A stretch of DNA of 64,000 bases from an uncultured virus (IMG/VR IMGVR_UViG_2671181139_000006) (IMGVR_UViG_2671181139_000006), one strand, 5' to 3'; positions 1 to 9,550 are shown, counted from the stretch's first letter. Numbers and translations are program-made. Notes: generated by a model not told the origin, from the letters alone.

Positions 1-447
1 TTATTCGAATAAATCCAGATTTTGATCTACTCGGACTTTTAGCTTTTCCTCTCTGTTTACTATAGTCCGAATTTGGCGCTTTGTCAGGTTGTATCGACGA
101 GCTAGCTGTGATTTAGATTCCTTTTTAACGTTCTCTCTAATCATGCGATTACGCATAGCAATGGTAATTGGCGTTCCCATTGGGATTTCAATGTAAGTAT
201 TACCCAATTGGGTAGCAAGTAATTGAAGCTTGCTTAGACCAATGATATGGGCGATTTCATGATTAATACCTAAAGCGTGTTTATTTGGGATAAATAGCTC
301 TGTGCCACCATACGCATCAATCATATTTAAAGCTTGTGGGATACCTATTAGCTTTGTAATAAATACAAAACTTACTGGCATGAGACCAATAATCTCTTCT
401 CCAGATAATATTGTAGTTGCATCAGCAATATGTGGACGATAAGCCAT
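1..447 (-). CDS. mor: Mor/C-family transcriptional activator
   Basis: YGGTELFIP, YIEIP..RNRMIRE..LARRYNLTKRQIRTI motifs; next to gp16. Confidence 0.85.
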   Translation of the reverse strand: MAYRPHIADATTILSGEEIIGLMPVSFVFITKLIGIPQALNMIDAYGGTELFIPNKHALGINHEIAHIIGLSKLQLLATQLGNTYIEIPMGTPITIAMRNRMIRENVKKESKSQLARRYNLTKRQIRTIVNREEKLKVRVDQNLDLFE

Positions 448-456
448 TGTCTACTC

Positions 457-903
457 CTAAGCCTCTACAGGTTGAATACGCTCAATGCCACAACGTTTAC
501 ACCATTGACGCAAATGATTGATGATCATGTCAGCATGGTGACTGCTCATAAATTGCAATGCACTCACACCAACTTTATTCTCAACAAATTTGGCTAATGC
601 CAATTCACTGCCATTACGGACTTGACCAGCTGCATGCAGTTGCAACCATAAATGTCGAATTAATTTGCTTTGAGCATCATTAGCTAGATTTTTCACATCA
701 GATTTGTTTTTTGATTCAATTGCAAAACCTAATTGCTTGAAGCGATCTAGCACAGCTTCAAGCTGTGCTAGGTTTAAATCTTTAGAACTGGTTTTACCTG
801 TAGTACTTTGGATGATGTCACGGTAGACATCATCATCAAAGCCGAGTTTGGTTTTGCCTACATGGATCAATTTGATCAGGTTAGCTTTCTTATTAAATTT
901 CAT
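457..903 (-). CDS. gemA: GemA / Mu gp16-family regulatory protein
   Basis: LIKLIHVGK..LGFDDDVYR..TGKTSSKDL, KLIRHLW motifs; start refined to ATG at 903. Confidence 0.85.
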   Translation of the reverse strand: MKFNKKANLIKLIHVGKTKLGFDDDVYRDIIQSTTGKTSSKDLNLAQLEAVLDRFKQLGFAIESKNKSDVKNLANDAQSKLIRHLWLQLHAAGQVRNGSELALAKFVENKVGVSALQFMSSHHADMIINHLRQWCKRCGIERIQPVEA

Positions 904-1102
904 TTTTGGCACCTTTCTCCGCGTCAATAATTGCTTCAGGTGTTGACTTATCCTGTGAGTGGTCAATTATTTGATTACATAAATAGGTTTTTTTGCCGAC
1001 AAAAAATCCGCCAAGACGTTCACATTCTTCAGCAATTCTTTTTTCTGTATGTGACTCACAAATAAGCCATGCAATGATTAAACCGCAAATAAAATAACCC
1101 AT
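893..1102 (-). CDS. Small hypothetical membrane protein
   Basis: ORF with hydrophobic N-terminus in packed operon; start refined. Confidence 0.6.
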   Translation of the reverse strand: MGYFICGLIIAWLICESHTEKRIAEECERLGGFFVGKKTYLCNQIIDHSQDKSTPEAIIDAEKGAKNEI

Positions 1103-1103
1103 C

Positions 1104-1307
1104 TCAGAACACTCCTTTAGCAGCATCAAATAGACCAATTAATGCAAGCACCGCAAGAGACACTGATGCTCCAGCTTTTATTACGTAAGAGCGACGTTCA
1201 AATATAGTTAGACCAGTACTATTGCGTGTGGTCCAAGCCATTCGTGCTTCTTTCAAGCAGTGATACAAACCAAGAATAAATACTGCAAAAAATGCAAGGA
1301 TCAGCAT
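1104..1307 (-). CDS. Small 2-TM hypothetical protein
   Basis: Two hydrophobic segments; start refined. Confidence 0.6.
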   Translation of the reverse strand: MLILAFFAVFILGLYHCLKEARMAWTTRNSTGLTIFERRSYVIKAGASVSLAVLALIGLFDAAKGVF

Positions 1308-1588
1308 GATGACTTCTCCTTCGGAATTTGAAGCGAAAATACCAGACGCCATATTTCGAGAACTGCTTTCTGCATTACTTGTTTATCATTGCCCTCATAG
1401 CAAAATGAATTAATAAATGTTCCAAAAGTAGGTTCAAGAAAACTATTTTTTTTGGCCCATTCAAAATATGCATTTGCAACTTGAATCGACTTAACTTGAA
1501 AAGCAAATGTTGCCTTTTTATGGTGCTCATCAGCACGACGGTCTAAAATTATCTGTGCTTCATCGTCTGATAAATTCATAGTTTTCAT
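1301..1588 (-). CDS. Hypothetical phage protein
   Basis: ORF with ATGA overlap to upstream gene. Confidence 0.7.
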   Translation of the reverse strand: MKTMNLSDDEAQIILDRRADEHHKKATFAFQVKSIQVANAYFEWAKKNSFLEPTFGTFINSFCYEGNDKQVMQKAVLEIWRLVFSLQIPKEKSSC

Positions 1589-1896
1589 GAAGCTTCTCCG
1601 ATCAAAGGTAGTGCCTGTTCTGCATTCTCAAGGCTTGAGAAGAAGTGGAAAACTAATGGCACTGCACGGAAAATGTGAATAGTTCCTAAATATTGCCCAA
1701 CAGGTTTTTGTATTTCTTGACCTGTACCAACACATAAAATGTCGTATGGGATTTTTGGCATATCTGGGTCACAAAGTACCCAAAGTTTAGGATCACCTTG
1801 TTGTGTATCAATACAAAGTGCCTTGCTTCCAGCTGGCATTTCAATAGTTTGGTTATCTTGAATTGCTAAAGCATATTTATTGATAGTTTTGATCAT
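1585..1896 (-). CDS. Hypothetical phage protein
   Basis: ORF with SD (GAGG) and coupled overlaps. Confidence 0.7.
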   Translation of the reverse strand: MIKTINKYALAIQDNQTIEMPAGSKALCIDTQQGDPKLWVLCDPDMPKIPYDILCVGTGQEIQKPVGQYLGTIHIFRAVPLVFHFFSSLENAEQALPLIGEAS

Positions 1897-1961
1897 GATA
1901 CCTCTCCCAAGCTTTCAATAACTTCAGGTGGTAACTTTTCTAAATCTTCAACTTTAATCAT
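1893..1961 (-). CDS. 22-aa mini-ORF MIKVEDLEKLPPEVIESLGEVS
   Basis: Manual translation; ATGA overlaps at both ends exactly fill the gap. Confidence 0.45.
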   Translation of the reverse strand: MIKVEDLEKLPPEVIESLGEVS

Positions 1962-2272
1962 GGAATAGCCTCCACCTTACAATCTTCAACATACAAATCT
2001 TCTAAGTCATAGAAGGACAAATTTTCTGAATTTTCTATAGAGCCTTTTCTCCAAGACTGGTGTAGAACCCCAAATACATCGTTATTACATTCCGCATAAC
2101 CCATCAAAACTAGGCGTGCTGCATGTTTATAAATGTCATCTGAATTTTTGACATCAAATCCACAATAATTAATATCCTCAATATCTTTTGCTGTGGGATT
2201 AGAAGCCCATTCTGGCAGTTCAATCTCAATTTCAGCTTCAACTGTGATAGTTACTAGTTTTTTAATACCCAT
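1958..2272 (-). CDS. Hypothetical acidic phage protein
   Basis: ORF with GGAG SD just downstream of the hammerhead. Confidence 0.7.
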   Translation of the reverse strand: MGIKKLVTITVEAEIEIELPEWASNPTAKDIEDINYCGFDVKNSDDIYKHAARLVLMGYAECNNDVFGVLHQSWRKGSIENSENLSFYDLEDLYVEDCKVEAIP

Positions 2273-2285
2273 ATTCTTCTCCGCT

Positions 2286-2344
2286 ACTCATCAGTACTGG
2301 ATCACGACACCCAGCAGACACGGGCACTTATGCCCGTGTTTCGC
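2286..2344 (-). ncRNA. Hammerhead ribozyme (type II topology)
   Basis: Minus strand: GC-GAAAC-ACGGGCA(TAAG)TGCCCGT-GTC-TGCTGGGT(GTCGTG)ATCCAGTA-CTGATGA-GT; full core, stems I and III, GUC site. Confidence 0.85.
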
Positions 2345-2554
2345 TTATTTCAAATATTTCTGTTCTGGTTCGTATGTAGCTTTTTCATCAGTAGAAACTG
2401 GTTTAGCTTCCCAAGTACTTTCAAAAAACGTTTCCTGATTTGCTTCCATCGTGTCTGAAATTTCAGACGCAATTTCTAGAGCATGGGCAAGGTCATCAGC
2501 CTCAACAATGTGTTCTTTGACATAGATGTTTGAAACTTCAACTTTAAATTTCAT
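2345..2554 (-). CDS. Hypothetical acidic phage protein
   Basis: ORF in early operon. Confidence 0.65.
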   Translation of the reverse strand: MKFKVEVSNIYVKEHIVEADDLAHALEIASEISDTMEANQETFFESTWEAKPVSTDEKATYEPEQKYLK

Positions 2555-2565
2555 TTGGTTCTCGC

Positions 2566-2745
2566 TTATGCTGCTAGGGTGTTCAAAGCCATATCAATGG
2601 CACGTTGCTGGACTGTATCTCTTGCAATTCTTTGATTTGCACTATTCAGAACGTGATACTCGAAATAACCGCAAAGATTAAATTTCCGAACAACTCTTAG
2701 TCCTTTCTTCTCAAGAACATCCAAGTGATTTACTTTCGTTGCCAT
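2566..2745 (-). CDS. 59-aa hypothetical protein ([10 protein letters not shown]...)
   Basis: Manual translation; TAATG overlap with HU stop. Confidence 0.6.
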   Translation of the reverse strand: MATKVNHLDVLEKKGLRVVRKFNLCGYFEYHVLNSANQRIARDTVQQRAIDMALNTLAA

Positions 2746-3017
2746 TACTTAACAGCCTCTTTAAGTGCTTTACCTGCTTTGAATGAAGGTACTTTTGCCG
2801 CTGCAATTTGTAGCTCTTCACCAGTTTTTGGATTACGGCCTGTACGCGCAGCGCGTTCTTTTACAGAGAAAGTTCCAAAGCCGATTAGCGCCACGTCTTC
2901 ACCAGCGACAAGTGCTTTAGTGACGCCGCTTTCAACCGCATTAAGAGCAGCTGTAGCTTGTGCTTGAGTAAGAGAAGCAGTTGAAGCGATATGTTTGATA
3001 AGTTCTGATTTATTCAT
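2745..3017 (-). CDS. HU-family DNA-binding protein (phage-encoded)
   Basis: [40 protein letters not shown]; 90 aa from ATG 3017. Confidence 0.95.
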   Translation of the reverse strand: MNKSELIKHIASTASLTQAQATAALNAVESGVTKALVAGEDVALIGFGTFSVKERAARTGRNPKTGEELQIAAAKVPSFKAGKALKEAVK

Positions 3018-3021
3018 GAGT

Positions 3022-3189
3022 TTAATTTCCTTCAGTAGTGGCTTGAGTTTGGTTAAGTGCTGCACATGCAGTTTCTGCATGCTCATGGTGGTAGAAATGA
3101 CCGACTAAAGCGTCGTCTTCACGCACGATTGCAAACAGTGCTTGCGGATCGTCGTTAAGTTGTGGTTCTAGTGCTTTGACTGAATACAT
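3022..3189 (-). CDS. 55-aa hypothetical protein ([10 protein letters not shown]...)
   Basis: Manual translation; AGGA SD; fills operon gap. Confidence 0.55.
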   Translation of the reverse strand: MYSVKALEPQLNDDPQALFAIVREDDALVGHFYHHEHAETACAALNQTQATTEGN

Positions 3190-3200
3190 TTTTTGCTTCC

Positions 3201-3815
3201 TTAAATAGATGCGATGTCTAGAGATAGTGGTAAGTAACCGCCAGTTGCGTCATCGCGGGTGTAAAAGCGTAAATACGCTTTGCTGCCAATGATGTTGATA
3301 CTGTCCGAAATGGCTTGCATTGCTTGCTTCCATTTAGGGTGGTTGATTTCAATGCGCTTTAATCCAAGTACTTTGGTTGTGCTGATGTCTCCCTTTTTGT
3401 CCACATTGAACGCGTTGTTAATGATGACTTTGATTTCGTCACGGCTGCCTTCAGTCCATTCTTCAAGACACTCATCAATGAGTTGTTTTGCAGCTTGCAA
3501 ACGTTCATCAAAGCTGATGTTTTCCGCGATATTGCGTTGGATTTTCAATCGTCCGTCATATGTCATGAGCGTTACGTTGCCTTTATTGCCACCAACTTTT
3601 GCACCGTATTGATCGGTAGAAATTTGGATAAAGCTGGCAATATCAGCAAAGCCTTCGATTTTGAACTCTTTTAAAAGTTCATGGATTTCCTTTGCTTTCT
3701 CATGAAGTTTGCGAACTGTTTGATCACGCAATTTGTCAATTTCTTTGACATTTGCTTCTGGTACAAATGCACCTGAAGCGTTTTCCCAATAACCTTCAGG
3801 AATAGGCTTATTCAT
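3201..3815 (-). CDS. DUF3164-family Mu-like phage protein
   Basis: GGNKGNVTLMTYDG, FDERLQAAKQLIDECL, W..AM.AISDS..SKAYLRFY motifs. Confidence 0.85.
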   Translation of the reverse strand: MNKPIPEGYWENASGAFVPEANVKEIDKLRDQTVRKLHEKAKEIHELLKEFKIEGFADIASFIQISTDQYGAKVGGNKGNVTLMTYDGRLKIQRNIAENISFDERLQAAKQLIDECLEEWTEGSRDEIKVIINNAFNVDKKGDISTTKVLGLKRIEINHPKWKQAMQAISDSINIIGSKAYLRFYTRDDATGGYLPLSLDIASI

Positions 3816-4491
3816 GTGTTGCTCCTTGTTCTGATTCAATTTCCGCAGCCTTGAGGCGTTGGTAGCACTGTTCTAAAGATTCATCTGGCTGCTTGTTTTG
3901 AGCGACATGCGCCATGAGCTGTTCTTTAGGGATATCTTTAAGACCTCGTTCTGGCTGCTTCTCATTCATTTTTGTGAAGCCAAGCATTTCTGTAACGCTG
4001 AAGTTTGGGCGTATATACTTTTGACGTTCATGTTCAGCTTGCTCAGCTGCACGTTCAGCTTCACTTTTCGCTAGTGGCACAGCAGCTCGACGCTCAGTTG
4101 GTGCTGGTGCATTTTCTGGCTTGAATGAACTGATCACTTCATACAAATAGCCATGGTTTTTTAAAGGCAGTTGCAATTTGCCTTGGTCACGACGCTCAAG
4201 CATTGTATTGATTGCCCAAACCCAAGCTGCTTGTGGCGCTGGATAATTCACACGATTACGACTGATCTGTTTAGCCAGAATGTCTGGAGCAATTTCATTT
4301 AATAACTTTGCTGTACGTTCAAAAGTCAGGTCGCGGTTCTCTGATCTGAACATGGCTAGATACTTGATTAATGGCTTTGCCAAATCTCCAGTCATATTTA
4401 AGGATGCAACGAATGCTTGACTTGCATCGCCATGACCCAGCAATGCATCTAGACTGCAAGTTGCACCGCAAGCTGGGCATCTAGTTTTCAT
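3808..4491 (-). CDS. Hypothetical protein with N-terminal CPAC motif (Mu-like phage early protein)
   Basis: MKTRCPACGA, PLKNHGYLYEV. Confidence 0.75.
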   Translation of the reverse strand: MKTRCPACGATCSLDALLGHGDASQAFVASLNMTGDLAKPLIKYLAMFRSENRDLTFERTAKLLNEIAPDILAKQISRNRVNYPAPQAAWVWAINTMLERRDQGKLQLPLKNHGYLYEVISSFKPENAPAPTERRAAVPLAKSEAERAAEQAEHERQKYIRPNFSVTEMLGFTKMNEKQPERGLKDIPKEQLMAHVAQNKQPDESLEQCYQRLKAAEIESEQGATHE

Positions 4492-4728
4492 TTAGTGACT
4501 CCCAGCAAGTCGCAATAAAGCGTTATGGATTGCCTTGATAATCAGGCAAGCGCAGTCTTCACCAGAGTCACCCTGTAAAGCTTCTTGATAGAGTTCAAAG
4601 AATTCAGGATCATCAGAAATTTTCTGAAGTTGCTCCCACGTAAGTTCGTTTGGAATAACCGCATGTTTGTTATCAACCAACTTGTTTAAGTCTTTGTTGA
4701 AGTGCTGGCGTTTCTGTTTGATGTTCAT
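4492..4728 (-). CDS. Hypothetical protein
   Basis: ORF in packed operon. Confidence 0.65.
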   Translation of the reverse strand: MNIKQKRQHFNKDLNKLVDNKHAVIPNELTWEQLQKISDDPEFFELYQEALQGDSGEDCACLIIKAIHNALLRLAGSH

Positions 4729-4982
4729 AGACCACCTCGAAAATGCTTAGATTCGCTTTCAACTGCGGTTTGACAGTCAATGCAAAGCTTTACGTTGCCC
4801 AATGCACGACGACGTTCGGGAATTTCATTTCCACAGTTCATGCATTCATGTTCACTTTCACCATCAAATGTTTGACGGTTTGCAAGGGTTTGCTGAATAC
4901 GTTCTTCAGCAATTACTTCTGCTACATCTACGGGATCAGCCATTTTATTTTTGCCCTTTTTTATTCTTGGTCTTGGTTTCAT
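4725..4982 (-). CDS. TraR/DksA C4 zinc-finger protein
   Basis: MADPVDVA..CMNCGNEIPERRR..LCIDCQ; start may be 4943. Confidence 0.9.
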   Translation of the reverse strand: MKPRPRIKKGKNKMADPVDVAEVIAEERIQQTLANRQTFDGESEHECMNCGNEIPERRRALGNVKLCIDCQTAVESESKHFRGGL

Positions 4983-5156
4983 CTACTGGTGTGCAACACT
5001 CAAGTAGAAAAAGAACGCAACCAATAAATAGAAACCTTCAACAGCATCTTTCTTGTTGACTGGAACCACGTTTATAAGCACTGCAACCAGAAGTAACAGG
5101 ATGATGAAGCCCACAACTCGGACCTTATTCATCCCACCAAATAAGGTTTTAAACAT
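4983..5156 (-). CDS. 57-aa 2-TM membrane protein (MFKTLFGGMN...)
   Basis: Manual translation; GGGGG SD. Confidence 0.55.
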   Translation of the reverse strand: MFKTLFGGMNKVRVVGFIILLLLVAVLINVVPVNKKDAVEGFYLLVAFFFYLSVAHQ

Positions 5157-5247
5157 TGAAACCCCCTATAACCGTCATCACTACAGCGATTGCTGCGAAC
5201 CAAACTAAAAAGTTCACAATCAGTAAATTTTTTAAATTAAATCTCAT
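5149..5247 (-). CDS. 32-aa hydrophobic peptide (MRFNLKNLLIV...)
   Basis: Manual translation directly after the ATPase stop. Confidence 0.5.
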   Translation of the reverse strand: MRFNLKNLLIVNFLVWFAAIAVVMTVIGGFNV

Positions 5248-5250
5248 GGC

Positions 5251-6438
5251 CTAAACCTCCATCACCAAGTCACCAGTGACGACATCAACACCCAACTCCG
5301 CAGCTACGTTTAATGCACCTGTTAAAAGGTTGCCGACTGCAAGCGGATATAAAAGGCTTTCACTATGGTTCTTGCGACCAACATTGCGGGTGAGTTTTGT
5401 ACAAATGGCATCTAGGCCAGACTCATCAATAAAGTCAGAAAGTTGACGTCCAGCTGCTTTGCAACGGTGCTGTAAATAGTCAATAAGAGTGGTTTGGGTG
5501 AATGGTTCAAGAGTCACAATTTCACAGCGCTGAACGACTTCGCGAACTTCTGGATTGTTTTCAGCCAGTTTGATTTTGAGTTCATCCTGACCAATCAAAA
5601 CAATAGAAAGTAATGGCGTAAAACCATTCTTGAGTTCAAGAAAACGCTTGAGATGTTTTAAAGTTGGGATCGGTAAGCTATGAGCTTCCTCAATCATTAA
5701 TGTGTGATGTAATCCAGCTCGACTAGACTCTTTTAATAAGCTATGAATTTGCTGAAAACGCGCTTCAGGTGAACGCATTGCTTTTGTACTAGGTGCCAAT
5801 GCGCGTAAAATGGCTTCGGCAATATGTGAAGATTTTAAAGTTTTACCTTTGATGTCATCAGCTTCTGTAGCAATCACATAAGGTTCAATAATGATTGTAG
5901 GTTCACGTTCACGTTCTACTCGATCATGTGTCTCCATGCGAATAGTTGTTTTACCTGAACCTGATTGACCAACCAACGCAATAAATGAACTGTTTCCTTT
6001 AACAGTTTGCCAAACAGCTTCACGGGCATAATTGATGTTGGAATCTTGATAAAATTCAGTCGCACTACGAATTTCTTCGGTAAAGATATTTTTAAATAAC
6101 TTAAATTTTCTTCTTGCTTCTGGTGTTAAGGTTTGTTTGCGTAGTAGCATGAGTTGCTCTTCCTCCGGTTGAGTAGTGCTGTCAGTCCCACCATCCAAGG
6201 CTTGGTCGTCAACGGTGTGGGATTGGTCAGCATCTAATGCGTTTTGAATGTCTTCAGGTGCAATGCCTTTGTTCTTTAAAAGCTCAATGAATTGGGCTTT
6301 AAACTCAGCTGCACGTTTCTTCGGGGATAACCCGTGGTTAATAAATAAATTGACTGTTGCAGTACTTACTCCCAGTGGTTTGCAGAGTGAGCTTTGTGTC
6401 ATGTCATGTTGTTTAAGCAATTGTTTAAGTGCGCTCAT
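5251..6438 (-). CDS. Transposition AAA+ ATPase (MuB-like/ExeA family) with N-terminal HTH
   Basis: Walker A GQSGSGKT, Walker B LMIEEAH; follows transposase. Confidence 0.9.
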   Translation of the reverse strand: MSALKQLLKQHDMTQSSLCKPLGVSTATVNLFINHGLSPKKRAAEFKAQFIELLKNKGIAPEDIQNALDADQSHTVDDQALDGGTDSTTQPEEEQLMLLRKQTLTPEARRKFKLFKNIFTEEIRSATEFYQDSNINYAREAVWQTVKGNSSFIALVGQSGSGKTTIRMETHDRVEREREPTIIIEPYVIATEADDIKGKTLKSSHIAEAILRALAPSTKAMRSPEARFQQIHSLLKESSRAGLHHTLMIEEAHSLPIPTLKHLKRFLELKNGFTPLLSIVLIGQDELKIKLAENNPEVREVVQRCEIVTLEPFTQTTLIDYLQHRCKAAGRQLSDFIDESGLDAICTKLTRNVGRKNHSESLLYPLAVGNLLTGALNVAAELGVDVVTGDLVMEV

Positions 6439-6441
6439 GGA

Positions 6442-8187
6442 TTACTCTCCAACCACTCGTAATTTTGGTTTTTGGGTTGCAGCTTTGATGCCTTCTGCAA
6501 TTTCAGGAATAACGTCTTGTGGAACCTCTCCATTAGGGAAAGACTTTTTAAGTGCAGCCATGCATTCAGGTGTCCACAAATCACCGACAAGGCCACGAAT
6601 TTGTTTTGCTGCTTGAATTAAATTGACTGGTGCAACCTGACGACGGCTAATTTCTGTCTGCATTTGTTCACCAGCACGTGGTAAATATTCAGGAACTTCA
6701 TGCTTGGTAATATGTGCAGTTGGGTCGATTTGACCTTGGTACGCTGGGGTACGCTTTTTGATAGCCTTATCAACTTCAGCTTGTGTTTCAGCGTTGTAAG
6801 CTTGTTTCATAATGCGCTTACGTGACTGGTCAATTTTGCTGTCAGGCATAGAGCGAATTTCTTCACCAATGGCTGGTGATTCAGCCAATTGACCAAAGAT
6901 GTCATATTGATCTGGTTGAACGGTGTGAATGACTTGCTCACCATGTTCATCGGTCATCAAGACATCAATGTCAGGTGCGCGATATGGATTAACAACCACA
7001 TCAACTTTTGCGCCTACATAAATGCCATCAATGTGGCGGACGTTATAGAACTGTTCGCCATAACCTTTGATCGTGTGCTGAATCGTCAAATCACCTTTGA
7101 CTGTACGAGATACAGGCAACGTGCTTACTAGCTCTCGGCATAATTCAATTGGTGGCGCAATGCGTAACTGTTCAGGGCGTATCATTTGCCAAACTTGGTT
7201 GCGTGTACGTTTAGTACGGCTATGTACTTTTGTTTCGTTAAACATCACACGCCATTGAGTTGCAAAGGCATTTAACTCTTCAATGCTATCTACTGTTTTA
7301 AAACTGAGTAGTGATTCAAATTGAGTTTCAATAAGATTGTTTGCTTGCTCAACTTGCCCTTTTGCACGGCTGTTATGAGTAGCATGAGCAATAAACTCGA
7401 CGTTGAGTCGTTCAAGTAAATTGCGGAATAAACCACTGGTGTTTGCTGAGCCTTTATCTACATAAAATATGAATGGCACACCGTGCATTGGTTCTTGGTT
7501 GCTGCGTTTTTGGATTGCGTTTAAAAACACATTGGTTAAGTTCTCAGAGCTTTCAGCTCCCCAAACATATTCAAAGTAAATCCAGCCAGATGTGTGGTCT
7601 GTGATGACATAACGAATCACACGGTCTTTTTCGATTTTCTTTAAATTTGCTGGCTTGTTTTTGTAGAACTCACGCTCATCCATAACGTGCATACCAGATT
7701 TTTTATTGAGGTAAAAAACCACACAAATTGATGCATCAGCTTCCCACACATGGTTTGGGTGTAGTGAGCGTTGTTGCTGGTGTGCCGTCGGTGTAACAAG
7801 TTGAGATGGATGGCACATGTTTTGTTTCATAACTCTGGAGATAGTAGCTGCTGAAACTTTTGGTGCTTTGCCACTGTCTTGTGCAACTTCTAAAGCTAAG
7901 TTGATTGGCATACGTTTTTTGCCAGTTTTACTCATTGCGCTAATGACCATACCGCCAACCAGTTCAGCAGTTTCTACGCTGACAATTGACTTGCCTTTGT
8001 CGCTACGTTGTTTGCGGCCAGACTTATAGCCAACGGTTTCAAGCTCACGGTAAAGTTGTGCCTTGCTTATACGTAAATAGTCACAAGCAGTTTTTGCAAT
8101 CTCAGCTTTCTCACCAAACCCAGCATTGGTGAGCTTTGCTGCTACTTCACGCAAATAGTCGATTTTTGCTAGATTTGGATTAGACAT
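6442..8187 (-). CDS. DDE transposase (MuA-like, rve core)
   Basis: PNHVWEADAS, FYVDKGS, AKGQVEQ catalytic motifs. Confidence 0.92.
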   Translation of the reverse strand: MSNPNLAKIDYLREVAAKLTNAGFGEKAEIAKTACDYLRISKAQLYRELETVGYKSGRKQRSDKGKSIVSVETAELVGGMVISAMSKTGKKRMPINLALEVAQDSGKAPKVSAATISRVMKQNMCHPSQLVTPTAHQQQRSLHPNHVWEADASICVVFYLNKKSGMHVMDEREFYKNKPANLKKIEKDRVIRYVITDHTSGWIYFEYVWGAESSENLTNVFLNAIQKRSNQEPMHGVPFIFYVDKGSANTSGLFRNLLERLNVEFIAHATHNSRAKGQVEQANNLIETQFESLLSFKTVDSIEELNAFATQWRVMFNETKVHSRTKRTRNQVWQMIRPEQLRIAPPIELCRELVSTLPVSRTVKGDLTIQHTIKGYGEQFYNVRHIDGIYVGAKVDVVVNPYRAPDIDVLMTDEHGEQVIHTVQPDQYDIFGQLAESPAIGEEIRSMPDSKIDQSRKRIMKQAYNAETQAEVDKAIKKRTPAYQGQIDPTAHITKHEVPEYLPRAGEQMQTEISRRQVAPVNLIQAAKQIRGLVGDLWTPECMAALKKSFPNGEVPQDVIPEIAEGIKAATQKPKLRVVGE

Positions 8188-8189
8188 GG

Positions 8190-9077
8190 TTAAGCCTCAC
8201 CATCAACTTCGATAGGTGGAAAGTCAGCTGCTTGAAGAGACATCCATTCAGGTGTGACCATACTTGTAAAATCAATTTGTACATTCAGGCTTCGGCTGTA
8301 TTGAGCAATGCGTTGATATGTCGCAATAACAGCCTCATCGACACGTTCAAATAATTGTGGAATTCCTCTCTTTTCAGCCGTGTCTAATACGCTATTCACT
8401 TCATTCTGATAACGCATAAGTGCATTTAGGAAAGTAATACTGGCTGTATTTAAAGTTTCTAAAGCAGCTTTTTCTAAAGCTTGCTCTTCAGTTTCGGCAC
8501 GTTTTTTGATTTCAACTGGGCTTTGAAGCTTGGTTACTTTAGCGTCAAGTTCATTGAGCTTTTGGTCTTTCTTGTGGAGTAATTGATCTTTTGCTTCGGC
8601 ATCCGCTTTTATTTCACGGAGTTTTTTGCGGAGTTCGCTTGCCGTCATTCGATCAATATCATCTAAGGTGATATCGTTGACGCTGCCACCATCACTCAGT
8701 TCTTTGATTTCTTCATCATCAAGTACTAATAATTCAAGCAATTTGGATTGATTTCCAGCGGCTTTCAAAAGCGACAAATTGTCGGATTTGGTAAATTTGA
8801 ATGCAGCTGACATGAAGCGTTGAGCAGCACGCTCATTAATGTTGAGCATTTCTGTGCGTTGCTTGAATTCACCATGTGGCGTCATTTCTTTTAAAAGAAT
8901 TAGGCGTTTACCCAGCTCCAAGCATGCTTCAACTGTACGACGTTGATAAAAGCGAATTTCATCTTCAAGAGCACCAACGGTAAGAGAACCTTCATAACCA
9001 AATTGGGTTGCTAATACACCAAGCTTTTGTGCATGTTCAGAAACTGATAATTCTGTAGTTTTTTCTTCGATATCCAT
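8190..9077 (-). CDS. DUF3102-like protein
   Basis: ELGKRLILLKE..PHGEF..AQRFM; start refined to 9077. Confidence 0.75.
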   Translation of the reverse strand: MDIEEKTTELSVSEHAQKLGVLATQFGYEGSLTVGALEDEIRFYQRRTVEACLELGKRLILLKEMTPHGEFKQRTEMLNINERAAQRFMSAAFKFTKSDNLSLLKAAGNQSKLLELLVLDDEEIKELSDGGSVNDITLDDIDRMTASELRKKLREIKADAEAKDQLLHKKDQKLNELDAKVTKLQSPVEIKKRAETEEQALEKAALETLNTASITFLNALMRYQNEVNSVLDTAEKRGIPQLFERVDEAVIATYQRIAQYSRSLNVQIDFTSMVTPEWMSLQAADFPPIEVDGEA

Positions 9078-9081
9078 GTGA

Positions 9082-9378
9082 TCACCAAGTAATTGCTGTA
9101 CGTTTTTCAACTTCTTCGATACGAGCTTTTGCGCGTTCGATTTCCGTGTTGTGAGCCTTAGCCATTTGCACAACTGCTGTGCCCAATGTGTAAGAGCCAT
9201 CTTGTTCTTGCATTGCCAAGCCTTCATTTACGAGTGTCTGTAATGCACGAGTAATAGTGCTTGGAGACTCATTTAATTGGTTTGCAAGTTCTTGATTGGT
9301 TGCGCCTTTCAGGCTGTGTCCACGTAAAGCCTTTAGAACCTTAAGGACTTTGCTAGCTGATTTATTTACTGCTGACAT
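9082..9378 (-). CDS. IclR-type HTH DNA-binding protein
   Basis: KVLKVLKAL..ELANQLNESPSTITRALQTLVNEG..YTLG. Confidence 0.8.
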   Translation of the reverse strand: MSAVNKSASKVLKVLKALRGHSLKGATNQELANQLNESPSTITRALQTLVNEGLAMQEQDGSYTLGTAVVQMAKAHNTEIERAKARIEEVEKRTAITW

Positions 9379-9539
9379 TAGTGATCACCCTTAATGTTGT
9401 ATTTGGGTAATAGAAGTTCATCACGGAGTATTTGATTGTCTTGCTCTGCCATTGCCCATCCAACAAAGCTGAAGCTCATGCAGAAAATCAGCACATAGAT
9501 GATGATTAGCACTTCGTTAACTTTTCTTTTTGGTCTCAT
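9378..9539 (-). CDS. 53-aa single-TM protein (MRPKRKVNEV...)
   Basis: Manual translation; TAATG coupling to IclR-like gene. Confidence 0.55.
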   Translation of the reverse strand: MRPKRKVNEVLIIIYVLIFCMSFSFVGWAMAEQDNQILRDELLLPKYNIKGDH

Positions 9540-9550
9540 ATCTTTTCCCT

